From assembly GCA_964610505.1 (NCBI GenBank), contig CAZSXU010000024.1:91-64090 (forward strand): a DNA stretch of 64,000 bases. Direction: 5' to 3'. Below, piece after piece: positions 8,008-15,957 of this stretch (its first letter is position 1; each line of letters opens with the position of its first letter). This stretch comes from an uncultured bacterium (lineage in GTDB: Bacteria; Arandabacterota; Arandabacteria; JAGLYR01). The notes below the pieces were generated by a model. The model was not told the DNA's origin. It was given only the letters and a program-made list of their open reading frames with translations, and searched no databases. A program made the translations under genes and the position numbers.

Positions 8008-10269
8008 CTACTCCAGCACGAGCATCTTGGTCGTCACCGTCTCCCCGCTGGCCGACAGTCGCACAAAGTAGACGCCGCTCGCCAGACGCCTTCCATCGGC
8101 ATCCTTCCCGTCCCAGCGTATCGTGTAATCGCCGGCGGGCCTCGGACCGTCCATGAGGGTCGTAACCAGGCGTCCCCGGACGTCAAAAACGGTCAGTTTC
8201 ACACGGCTTTGCCTCTCAATGGCAAACCGGATCGATGAACCGGCCGGGAACGGGTTGGCGAAGTGAATGGCCAGCGGCCTCGTCCTCGGAAGCGGCGTAT
8301 CCGCGATATCCGTCAGACCCTGAGCCACCCGAAGACCCCAGGAGTCCAGCGTGAAAGCGGCAAGCGCCTGCCGATCCTTCGGTAGGAAGGTTCCGTTGAT
8401 CTCGATGTAGTCTCCCCATACGGCTCCGAGCGGCACCACATAGCTTCCCGGCTCATCGACGTAGAGCGTGATCTCCGGATTCTCCGACGCTGTTTGGACG
8501 GTGAGATCACCCGGGGACGTGACGTCCAGAATGTTGAACACGAGCTCCATATCGTCCCAGTAGGGATTGGGGTAATTCGTGTACGTCACAAAGAGATGTT
8601 CAACGGCAAAGGGACCGATCACCGCCGGGAGATCCTGCAGATTGAAGCCGTCCGCATCCACGTTGTAGACGTACAAATCCGGTTGCTCGATGTACATTGT
8701 GAATTCGTCGGAGCTGGAATCGTTTCCGCCCAGCGAGAACCCGGCGTACTCATGAGCGTTGGAGTACGATTCGGGAAGGGTTTGCTTCTGGGATGAGCTA
8801 ACGATCAATCGGTACTGGCTGTCGTCGTTGTGAATCAGGAACAAGCCGGTCGACGTGCTGTCGGCGTTGACCACGCGCCGTTCGTTTCCGGGTTGATGGC
8901 CGGCCGAGCCGGAAACGTTCCAGTTGAGCGTCACTTTTCGAATGGTGCCGTCCGCCCGAATTTCCCAGACCGTGCAGTTGCCGCAGCTGGACGACTCGCC
9001 GGAGAAGTCGAGAATCAGCTGACCGCCCGGGGGCACCTCGACCAGCTGCCACTCGCAGTATTCCTTCATTGGAAAGCTGCGCCAGTTGACGGAGTTGCCG
9101 CGGCGGCCCTCCAATCCCTGAGCCTTGAGCAAGCTGTCGTAAGCCGCAAGTCCATTGCGCACGGCCTCCTCGTAAGACTTGCCGGCCCTGAGGGCGTCGA
9201 TCTTCCTCTTGAGGTACGTGGCCCACCCGCCGTCGGCATGGTGTACGTCGCTTCTATGAGGATTCTGCCCGCCCGCGGCGGAGGATACCCGCATCGTGGT
9301 CTTGGCCTTATCATTCAGAGATCTCAAGGAATCCGCCGCCTGCCCGCCGTAGCACTGGACCATCTCCACGTACAGGGTGCCCAGGCACGAATCGATACAG
9401 GCCTGGATCATGCCGCGGTACTGCTGGGGGGTCATCGTTTCCGAACCGAGCATGTTGATGCGGCCGTCGCCCCTGCCGTGGTCCGTGATCAGGCTCTGCA
9501 GCGTGGCCTTCTTGTTGCGTCGATGGCACTCCGCGATCCTCTTCGCGACGGTCTCGTGTGCAGCCCGGACATTAGCCACCGTACAGGAGTCGACCGAACC
9601 ATGCGGAATGGCAGTGGAATCCTCACTGTCTCCCTTCCAATAGAGGACGAACACGTTGTGAGGACAGTAGCCCAGGCTGTCTACCTTCAGTTTGTAGAGC
9701 ATCTCGATGTTGTTCCAGTACCGAGCGTGGTTGTGATGGGCGCCCCCGCTCACGAGAATGGCGAACTTGCAGGAATCACAGGTCGCCCGGTACGGAATCC
9801 ACGCTCCAAGATCGGGCTCTTCCGGGATTTCACCCTCGGGTCCGACGGGCCCCTCTCCGGGCTTCAGAAGACCGTAGCTGATGTTCCGGAGGATGATTTG
9901 GACGTCGTCCTCCGGCCAGTAGGGGTCGTCCACGTGGAACGTGTCGACCGTACCTGTCACGCTCACCCACGCACCGTACCACATGGACACCGGCGGCGTC
10001 GCGCCGTCGAGGTAGACGATGGATTGGGGGGGCATCACTTCATCGTCCTGGAAGGCGTCGTAGTCCGCCACCAGATTGTGGTCCGCCGGGTTGGTGTAGA
10101 AGGCCTCTACGATCACATCCACTCCGACGATATCCGGGAGTTCACCGTAGAGATCCCCGATCGTGTACGTCTGGCACCTGGCGGCGCCAGGCTGAAAGAT
10201 CAGAACGGTCAGGATAGCGAGGAAACAAAGTGCACCGTATACGGCACGCCCGTTCATCCACGATTTCAT
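8008..10269 (-). CDS. Clan CD cysteine peptidase, legumain-like (C13 family), with Por_Secre_tail/FlgD-Ig-like C-terminal sorting domain
   Basis: Signal MKSWMNGRAVYGALCFLAILTVLIF. FAILVSGGAHHNHARYWNNIEMLYKLK resembles the legumain [22 protein letters not shown] block, with a putative His (ITDHGRGDG) and Cys (VEMVQCYGGQ) dyad. The C-terminal ~90 aa (NPFPAGSSIRF...VFDVRGRLV...GDYTIRWDGKD...SGVYFVRL...KMLVLE) form the sorting domain. Start is ATG at 10269 with a GGGAGG SD. Confidence 0.8.
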   Translation of the reverse strand: MKSWMNGRAVYGALCFLAILTVLIFQPGAARCQTYTIGDLYGELPDIVGVDVIVEAFYTNPADHNLVADYDAFQDDEVMPPQSIVYLDGATPPVSMWYGAWVSVTGTVDTFHVDDPYWPEDDVQIILRNISYGLLKPGEGPVGPEGEIPEEPDLGAWIPYRATCDSCKFAILVSGGAHHNHARYWNNIEMLYKLKVDSLGYCPHNVFVLYWKGDSEDSTAIPHGSVDSCTVANVRAAHETVAKRIAECHRRNKKATLQSLITDHGRGDGRINMLGSETMTPQQYRGMIQACIDSCLGTLYVEMVQCYGGQAADSLRSLNDKAKTTMRVSSAAGGQNPHRSDVHHADGGWATYLKRKIDALRAGKSYEEAVRNGLAAYDSLLKAQGLEGRRGNSVNWRSFPMKEYCEWQLVEVPPGGQLILDFSGESSSCGNCTVWEIRADGTIRKVTLNWNVSGSAGHQPGNERRVVNADSTSTGLFLIHNDDSQYRLIVSSSQKQTLPESYSNAHEYAGFSLGGNDSSSDEFTMYIEQPDLYVYNVDADGFNLQDLPAVIGPFAVEHLFVTYTNYPNPYWDDMELVFNILDVTSPGDLTVQTASENPEITLYVDEPGSYVVPLGAVWGDYIEINGTFLPKDRQALAAFTLDSWGLRVAQGLTDIADTPLPRTRPLAIHFANPFPAGSSIRFAIERQSRVKLTVFDVRGRLVTTLMDGPRPAGDYTIRWDGKDADGRRLASGVYFVRLSASGETVTTKMLVLE

Positions 10270-10397
10270 GGTAACCTCCCGATTTTCTCCCGGCTTTCTG
10301 TGGAAGAGCAACACGAGGACCTGTCCGGCATCCAACGGATCACGCGAAGGCCGGACGTCTCTCCATTTCGCCGATCAGCTCCTGGAAACTGCAATAC

Positions 10398-10426
10398 ATT
10401 CTACAATAGTAAATTGCTAGTTTCAA
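10398..10426 (-). promoter_or_regulatory. Candidate sigma70-type promoter (TTGAAA-17 nt-TAGAAT on minus strand) in an AT-rich island upstream of the C13 peptidase gene
   Basis: The only AT-rich stretch (10385-10440) in this 64%-GC window. On the minus strand it reads TTGAAActagcaatttactattgTAGAAT, ~115 nt upstream of the ATG at 10269. Confidence 0.35.
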
Positions 10427-10836
10427 GAACAAAGTCTTCAGAGACCCGGCTCGTAAGCCAATTCTCCTTGGAACCGGCGATGCCATTGCCAAGTCGGGTT
10501 TCTTATCCCGACCAATGATTACCTGGGTTGCGAGGGTCCATTGAAGGGTCTTGTCCGCGGACACACAGGCGCCCCGCCGCAGAAATCGGATGCTGTTGTG
10601 ATGCCAGCGGGGATCCCTGTGGTCACGGGTACCGGCGCTCTTTCAGCCGGGAAGAGAAGAGAGAGCCTGGAGGGCTACCGGGACCATCTCCGGCGCGATC
10701 TGGCCGGATTAGACGAGCGCAGGTGCGAAATCGAAGAGAAGTAGGGGGGAGCGTGCCGCATCAGGAGCGGGCGTTTCTGAGGGGCGGGGGAATTCCCTCG
10801 CCCCGGAATCAAATGGCGCGGGCGATCCGGCGGCGG

Positions 10837-12546
10837 TCAGGGTTTTCCCGGCAGTCGCGGCGACACGAACACCACCTCTTCGTTGGTCACGAGTGCGAGG
10901 CCCGGTTTTCCCTTGCGCGGCTTCCGCACGTATTTCTTCTCCGTGTAGGTCACGTCCACGGTTTTCGATCTTCGCCCCTTGCTGTAGTAGGCGGCGATTT
11001 GGGCGGCCTCCTGGATGGTCTTCCGGCTCGGCCGCTGGTTCCGATCGGGCCGCCGCAGAACGACGTGGGAGCCGGCCAGCCCCCGGGCGTGAAACCAGTA
11101 GTCGTGGGGCGCGGCGCGGGAGTGAGTGAGAAGATCGTTTTCTCGATCGTTACGGCCCACCCACACGGTCCATCCGGTAGTCGTCTGAAACGTCCGGAAG
11201 GGAGCAGGGACTTCCTTCTTCGAGACGCCCGCTGCCCGGCCCTCTCGGGGCAGCAGTCCCAGATTTCGCGCAACAGCCCGAAGCGCTTCTCGCTCCAGAG
11301 AGGGTAGATCGCGAATCTCCGCATCCAGCTCGTCTCGGCGTCTCGCCAGGCGCTCTCTCTCCCGGGCCAGTGCCTTCTTGGCGCGCTGGGCCTTCCTCGC
11401 CTTGGCGAAGTACATTTCGGCGTTGCCCCTGGGGGACTTCGCCGGATTCACGGGGATTCGTATGTGGGGGCGGTCGAGATTGTAGTGGTCGATGACGCTC
11501 ACCTCATCACGCCCCCGCGTCAGGGTTCCCAGGTTGGCCAGAATCAGTTCGCCGAATCGGCGGAACTCGGCCTCCCGGGCGGCCTGCTTCGTCCGGACCG
11601 CCACTCTTTCCAGGCTTCGCAGAACCCGCTTCGATTCCTCCCGGAGGCGCCGCTCGATCTTATCTCGAAGGGCAGCGTCCCGCTCGGCGGGCACCGTGGA
11701 GCGGTAGTAGGCGGATACGGCTTCGGACACCCGGCCGAAGCGCGTGCACGTCTTGCCCTCGAGATGACGGACGGGCACCGGCGAGACGGCCACGGGTGCC
11801 TTCGTCTCGGGATCCACATACACACAGGGCTCAAATCGGCCGGCCTTGATCAACGCTACCCAGGCGGCCAGATGGCTCCAGGTCAGATCCACCTGCCACG
11901 GTCTGAGCCTGCCCAGAGGTAGGGTGGGCTCCAGATCGGCCCGGAACAGAATCTCGTCGGCCCAGAAGGGTGAGATTCCCGTGAAGCGACGGACCAGCGC
12001 GTCGTGAAGACCCATGTCCGGGAAAGCTGCAAACATTTCCCTCACCGATTCGAGTGTCGTCGACAGAACTTCAAGGCGCGAAACAGCGGCGGTTCGTCCG
12101 CCCGGTTTACGGGACCGGGGAATCACGCCCGGTTTGAGGCTCACGAGCGATCCGTCCGACGATTCCAGATACAGATTGGCGCTCCTTCCGAAGAGGCGAA
12201 GCATGAGGGTCACTTGCTCGCTCGGACCGAAGGTCGGCCGTCTGGAGAAGCCGAAAGCAACCCTGCGATCGAAGCCGATTTGCCTGATTTCGGCAAGCAC
12301 GGCCCTCGACAGGTACACTTTCAACGTGTTGACGAAAGCCCCGGGCTCGATTCGGGGCTCCGGGACCGTGAGGGGCTCGACTCGGGGGAAGTCCGGATCG
12401 CAGGAGAGGGCCAGGTATCGAGTCTCGTCGTCCTTGCGAACGGCGATCTGGAGGGTCCGGGGGGCGGTTTGTTCAACGGCGCGGACGGAGCCGCCCGTCC
12501 ATCCCACCAGTTCGGGGAGCAGTGCATGGAGAAGGAACGCGTCCAT
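10837..12546 (-). CDS. rqcH: RqcH/FbpA (NFACT-family ribosome quality-control protein, fibronectin-binding protein A homologue)
   Basis: NFACT-N (…ILANLGTLTRG…DHYN) and a C-terminal NFACT-R/DUF814 block (GWTVWVGRNDRENDLLTHSRAAPHDYWFHARGLAGSHVVLR). Confidence 0.85.
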   Translation of the reverse strand: MDAFLLHALLPELVGWTGGSVRAVEQTAPRTLQIAVRKDDETRYLALSCDPDFPRVEPLTVPEPRIEPGAFVNTLKVYLSRAVLAEIRQIGFDRRVAFGFSRRPTFGPSEQVTLMLRLFGRSANLYLESSDGSLVSLKPGVIPRSRKPGGRTAAVSRLEVLSTTLESVREMFAAFPDMGLHDALVRRFTGISPFWADEILFRADLEPTLPLGRLRPWQVDLTWSHLAAWVALIKAGRFEPCVYVDPETKAPVAVSPVPVRHLEGKTCTRFGRVSEAVSAYYRSTVPAERDAALRDKIERRLREESKRVLRSLERVAVRTKQAAREAEFRRFGELILANLGTLTRGRDEVSVIDHYNLDRPHIRIPVNPAKSPRGNAEMYFAKARKAQRAKKALARERERLARRRDELDAEIRDLPSLEREALRAVARNLGLLPREGRAAGVSKKEVPAPFRTFQTTTGWTVWVGRNDRENDLLTHSRAAPHDYWFHARGLAGSHVVLRRPDRNQRPSRKTIQEAAQIAAYYSKGRRSKTVDVTYTEKKYVRKPRKGKPGLALVTNEEVVFVSPRLPGKP

Positions 12547-12552
12547 CGGCCC

Positions 12553-13614
12553 TCATTCGATCACACGAATTGTCCCGGCGGCTCCGTCCCGGATTTCGCC
12601 GATCCGGGCGACGGAATCGACCCCGGCGGAGGCCAGCCGTTCCGAGAGCACGGCGGCCTTCCCGGGAGGCGCTGAAATGAGCAACCCTCCGGAAGTTTGA
12701 GCGTCCGCCAGGAGGATGCGCGTGATCTCGTCCATCTTCGCCGGAAACTTGACGAAGGGCTCCAGAAACTCGAGGTTGTTCTTGCTTCCGCCCGGCACGG
12801 CGCCCTGGGACGCGTACTTGAGGGCCGAGGGGAGGATCGGAACGTCCGGGGCGGTAACGAGGGCCGACACTCCGGAGGCTGCGAGCATTTCGTGGAGGTG
12901 GCCGAGGAGGCCGAATCCCGTGACGTCCGTGCAGGCGTTGACGCCGACCTCGGACATCACCTCGGAGGCGGATCGGTTGAGCGCCGCCATGAGAGTCGTG
13001 ATCTCATCAATCTCGTCGGGGTTCGCCAGATCGCGCTTGATCGCCGTGGTGACGATTCCCGAACCCAGCGGTTTGGTCAGGAACAGGCGGTCGCCGGGGC
13101 GGGCGCCGGCGTTGGTGATAACGCGCTCGGGGTGAACCAGGCCCGTCACGGCCATCCCGTACTTGATCTCATCGTCCTTGACGGTGTGTCCACCGACGAT
13201 GCTCACGCGGGCCTCGACGGCCTTGTCCAACCCTCCCTGGAGAATCCGGACCAGGATTTCCAGGGGAAGTTTGTTCTCGGGGAAACCGATGACGTTGAGT
13301 GCGGTCACCGGCCGCCCGCCCATGGCGTAGACGTCGCTCAACGCGTTGGCCGCAGCCACATGGCCGAAAGCGTAGGGGTCGTCGACCATGGCCGTGAAGA
13401 AATCCACCGTCTGAACGAGGGCCAGATCGTCACGCAAGCGATACACGCCGGCGTCGTCCGCCGTGTTGGACCCGACCAGTACGTTGGGGTCCGGCGGAAT
13501 GTTCAACTGCTTCAGAGCCTGTTCCAAGCCCTCCGGGCTCAGCTTGCACGCTCAGCCCGCGCCGCTCGTGGTCTGGGTGAGCCGGAAGGGTTTGTCGTTC
13601 GAGGGCTTTCTCAT
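12553..13614 (-). CDS. selD: Selenide, water dikinase SelD (selenophosphate synthetase), selenoprotein with in-frame UGA (Sec) at 13552-13554
   Basis: The track ORF (12553..13527) starts at TTG inside the gene. Reading the same frame upstream through TGA (plus tca 13552-54) gives [58 protein letters not shown], which aligns with E. coli SelD [30 protein letters not shown]...DPNLLVGNETRDDAAVY with Sec at the Cys17 position. ATG is at 13614. The rest of the protein is typical SelD (AIR-synthase-like: [17 protein letters not shown]...[10 protein letters not shown]). Confidence 0.9.
13520..13551 (-). promoter_or_regulatory. Putative bacterial SECIS hairpin immediately 3' of the selD UGA
   Basis: The mRNA reads UGA GCG UGC AAG CUG AGC CCG GAG GGC UUG G. 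CAAGCUGAGCCC-GGA-GGGCUUGG folds into a ~8-bp stem (including G-U pairs) with a small G-rich apical loop starting ~6 nt after UGA. Confidence 0.5.
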
Positions 13615-13801
13615 GCGCTTGCTCCGTCGTCTCCGTGAGAACACCCAAGACTACTCAGGTCATGAGGAGAACGTCAAGACACAAAAGAGCCGAGAGTGGA
13701 TTTGCCCGAACATGGGCTTGTGTTCCGGGTCGATGTGTGATACGAGAACGGGGATCACTGTCACACGCCCGGTCTGTGTTTCTGATCTCATGGGGGTTCG
13801 G

Positions 13802-15757
13802 ATGAGGGCTTTACGATACCTGCTTATTGCCATCGCGCTCCTGGCGCCCATCCTGCTCGTGGTGCTGATCGGATCGGTGAGTACGTCGCCGCCGGACGAA
13901 GCCACACTGCTCCGCATTAAGGTGCTCGAAGACGATCGGTATCTCGAGAACTGGGAATTGGCGCGCTACACGAAAGACCCAAATCCGCAAGTCCGGTTGG
14001 CTGCGGTGTCGGCCCTGGGGCGGATCGGCCGCGAGGAAGGCGGGGTGAATCTGGTTCGCGCACTCGAAGATCCGGACGGGGACGTACGGGCGGCCGCGGC
14101 TTTCGGCATCGGTCTACTGGACGACAGCACACGGACCGGGGGGTTACTCCGGGCCTTGGAGGACCCCGTCCACGGCGTGCGCGCAAGCGTCGTCGAGGCG
14201 CTCGGGAAAGTGGGAAACTATAAGGTCACCCAACGCCTCCTGGACATGCTGGACAGCCCGTCCCCGGAACTGCGGGGAGAGATTGCACTGGCACTGGGCA
14301 GACTGGAAGACCCCACGGCAATCGAGCCCCTGATGCGCCTTCTGGAGAAGGATCCGGAATCGGGGGTCCGCTGGAAGGCCGCCTGGGCCCTCGAGAAATT
14401 CCACGAAGATCATGTCACGCAAGCTCTGGTTCGTGCCCTGGAAGACAAGGACCCCATGGTCGCCGTCCTGGCGTCCCGGGGATTGCAAAAGCGCGGCGAA
14501 GGCTTCGAGTGGGAGGCCGTCCTGCCTGCACTCAAACATCCGGACTGGCGCGTGCAGGTCAACGTGCTGATGGCTATCGGGAATTCGAGCGACTCCCTGG
14601 CGGTCCCGTCCGTGCTTGAATCCCTGGACTCCCCGAATCACCATGTGAGAACGGCCGCGTGTCTCATCCTCGGTGATCTCAAGGGTTGGCAAGCCGTCGA
14701 GGCGCTGAAAGAGCGGCTCGACGACCCAAGCCCCGATGTTCGAGGGGAGGCCGTCAACGCGCTTGCGCGAATCGGGGGCAGGCGCGTGTTTTCGGACGTT
14801 ACCTCCCGAACCGAGGATTCGGAGCGCTACGTTCGGGTTCGAGCCCACGAGGCACTGGGGCATCTTCAGCTGCCGAAGAGCGTCGCGTTTCTGGTCCCGC
14901 GACTGAAAGACCCGGATTCCCGAATCCGATCCGCCGCGGCCAAGGGGTTGTCCACCCTGAGGCAGAAAGGCTCCACGGAGGCGCTGGTGGGGGCGCTGGA
15001 AGATCCGGACTGGGTGGTCGTCGCCGTTGCCGCCGAGGGGTTGGGCACGTTACGGAGTCGCGGGTCAATACCCGCTCTCAAGAAGACCTTTCATTCATTT
15101 TCCGGAACAACGCTTCAGGACGCGGAGGTGCGACTGGCTGTGATCACGGCGTTCCGGAAGATGGCCGCCTTTGGAGTCGAGCCCATCTACAGGGCCGCTC
15201 TCGAGGACCCCGATATTCGCGTCCGCCGGTTGGCCGGGGATATTCTGCAGGAGAAGGGTGAAACCGCGGTCAAGATTGCTCCGGCGGTCTACGGCGACGG
15301 TTCGCGTGATGGAAGCGGTCTGGCGATGGGTCTCGGGGAGAGGAGAATCCGGATTGAAACCTCGCGCGGACACATTATATGTGTCCTTCACGGGGACGAC
15401 GCGCCGGAGACGGTGGCGAATTTCCTCCGGCTCGCGGGCGAGGGATTCTACGACGGACTGACCTTCCACCGGGTCGTTCCCAACTTCGTCATTCAGGGGG
15501 GATGCCCTCGCGGCGACGGCTGGGGAGATCCGGGATACACCATCCGCTGTGAGATCAACCGGCACCGCTACCTCACGGGAACGCTGGGGATGGCCCTTTC
15601 CGGCAAGGACACCGGGGGGAGCCAGTTCTTCATCACGCACTCGCCTCAGCCACACCTGGACGGCCTATACACGGTGTTCGGCCGGGTGCTCGAGGGGCAA
15701 GACGTGGTCGAGGCGATTGTGCAGGGAGATGAGATTCTGGCGATCGTCGAAATGTAG
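13802..15757 (+). CDS. HEAT/PBS-lyase repeat protein with N-terminal TM/signal anchor and C-terminal cyclophilin-type peptidyl-prolyl cis-trans isomerase domain
   Basis: [25 protein letters not shown] anchor. Many repeats of the form LEDPDxxVRxxAxxALG (HEAT-like). The C-terminus [29 protein letters not shown]...[13 protein letters not shown]...GYTIRCEI...[20 protein letters not shown] is a cyclophilin PPIase. Start chosen at ATG 13802 (alternative ATG at 13790). The track start at 13463 overlaps selD. Confidence 0.8.
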   Translation: MRALRYLLIAIALLAPILLVVLIGSVSTSPPDEATLLRIKVLEDDRYLENWELARYTKDPNPQVRLAAVSALGRIGREEGGVNLVRALEDPDGDVRAAAAFGIGLLDDSTRTGGLLRALEDPVHGVRASVVEALGKVGNYKVTQRLLDMLDSPSPELRGEIALALGRLEDPTAIEPLMRLLEKDPESGVRWKAAWALEKFHEDHVTQALVRALEDKDPMVAVLASRGLQKRGEGFEWEAVLPALKHPDWRVQVNVLMAIGNSSDSLAVPSVLESLDSPNHHVRTAACLILGDLKGWQAVEALKERLDDPSPDVRGEAVNALARIGGRRVFSDVTSRTEDSERYVRVRAHEALGHLQLPKSVAFLVPRLKDPDSRIRSAAAKGLSTLRQKGSTEALVGALEDPDWVVVAVAAEGLGTLRSRGSIPALKKTFHSFSGTTLQDAEVRLAVITAFRKMAAFGVEPIYRAALEDPDIRVRRLAGDILQEKGETAVKIAPAVYGDGSRDGSGLAMGLGERRIRIETSRGHIICVLHGDDAPETVANFLRLAGEGFYDGLTFHRVVPNFVIQGGCPRGDGWGDPGYTIRCEINRHRYLTGTLGMALSGKDTGGSQFFITHSPQPHLDGLYTVFGRVLEGQDVVEAIVQGDEILAIVEM

Positions 15758-15885
15758 ACATCTGTCTCGGAGGAACGAACCCCCACCCGGCCACAGATTT
15801 CACGGATGCGGAGTGTACCCGCCCGGCCCGGCAAGGTGACGAAGATGGGACGAAGAACCGAGAACCGAGAGCCGAGAGCCGGAAT
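15757..15885. repeat. Partial REP/MITE-like element (CCACAGATTTCACGGATG motif) plus GAACCGAGA simple repeat
   Basis: ccacagatttcacggatgcgg lies at ~15791-15811 and gaaccgagaaccgagagccgagagccgg at ~15853-15880, between convergent genes. It shares the terminal motif of the elements at 19456-19560 and 39701-39836. Confidence 0.5.
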
Positions 15886-15957
15886 AGACCATCCCCGGGC
15901 CGCCCGCTCCGCAAGGCCCGCGCCGACAACACGACAAAGCGATAACTGCCGGATTGA

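Noticed and set aside
8830-10518. 562-aa plus ORF (and 8494..8796)
   Set aside because: It is antisense to the C13 peptidase gene, which has signal peptide, catalytic motifs and sorting domain.
10528-11307. 259-aa plus ORF; also 74-aa minus ORF 10340..10564
   Set aside because: The first is mostly antisense to rqcH. The second lies in the AT-rich promoter region with no SD and no homology.
12697-13638. 313-aa plus ORF
   Set aside because: It is antisense to selD and is low-complexity.
14144-14863. 239-aa minus ORF and neighbouring short ORFs
   Set aside because: They are antisense to the HEAT-cyclophilin gene.
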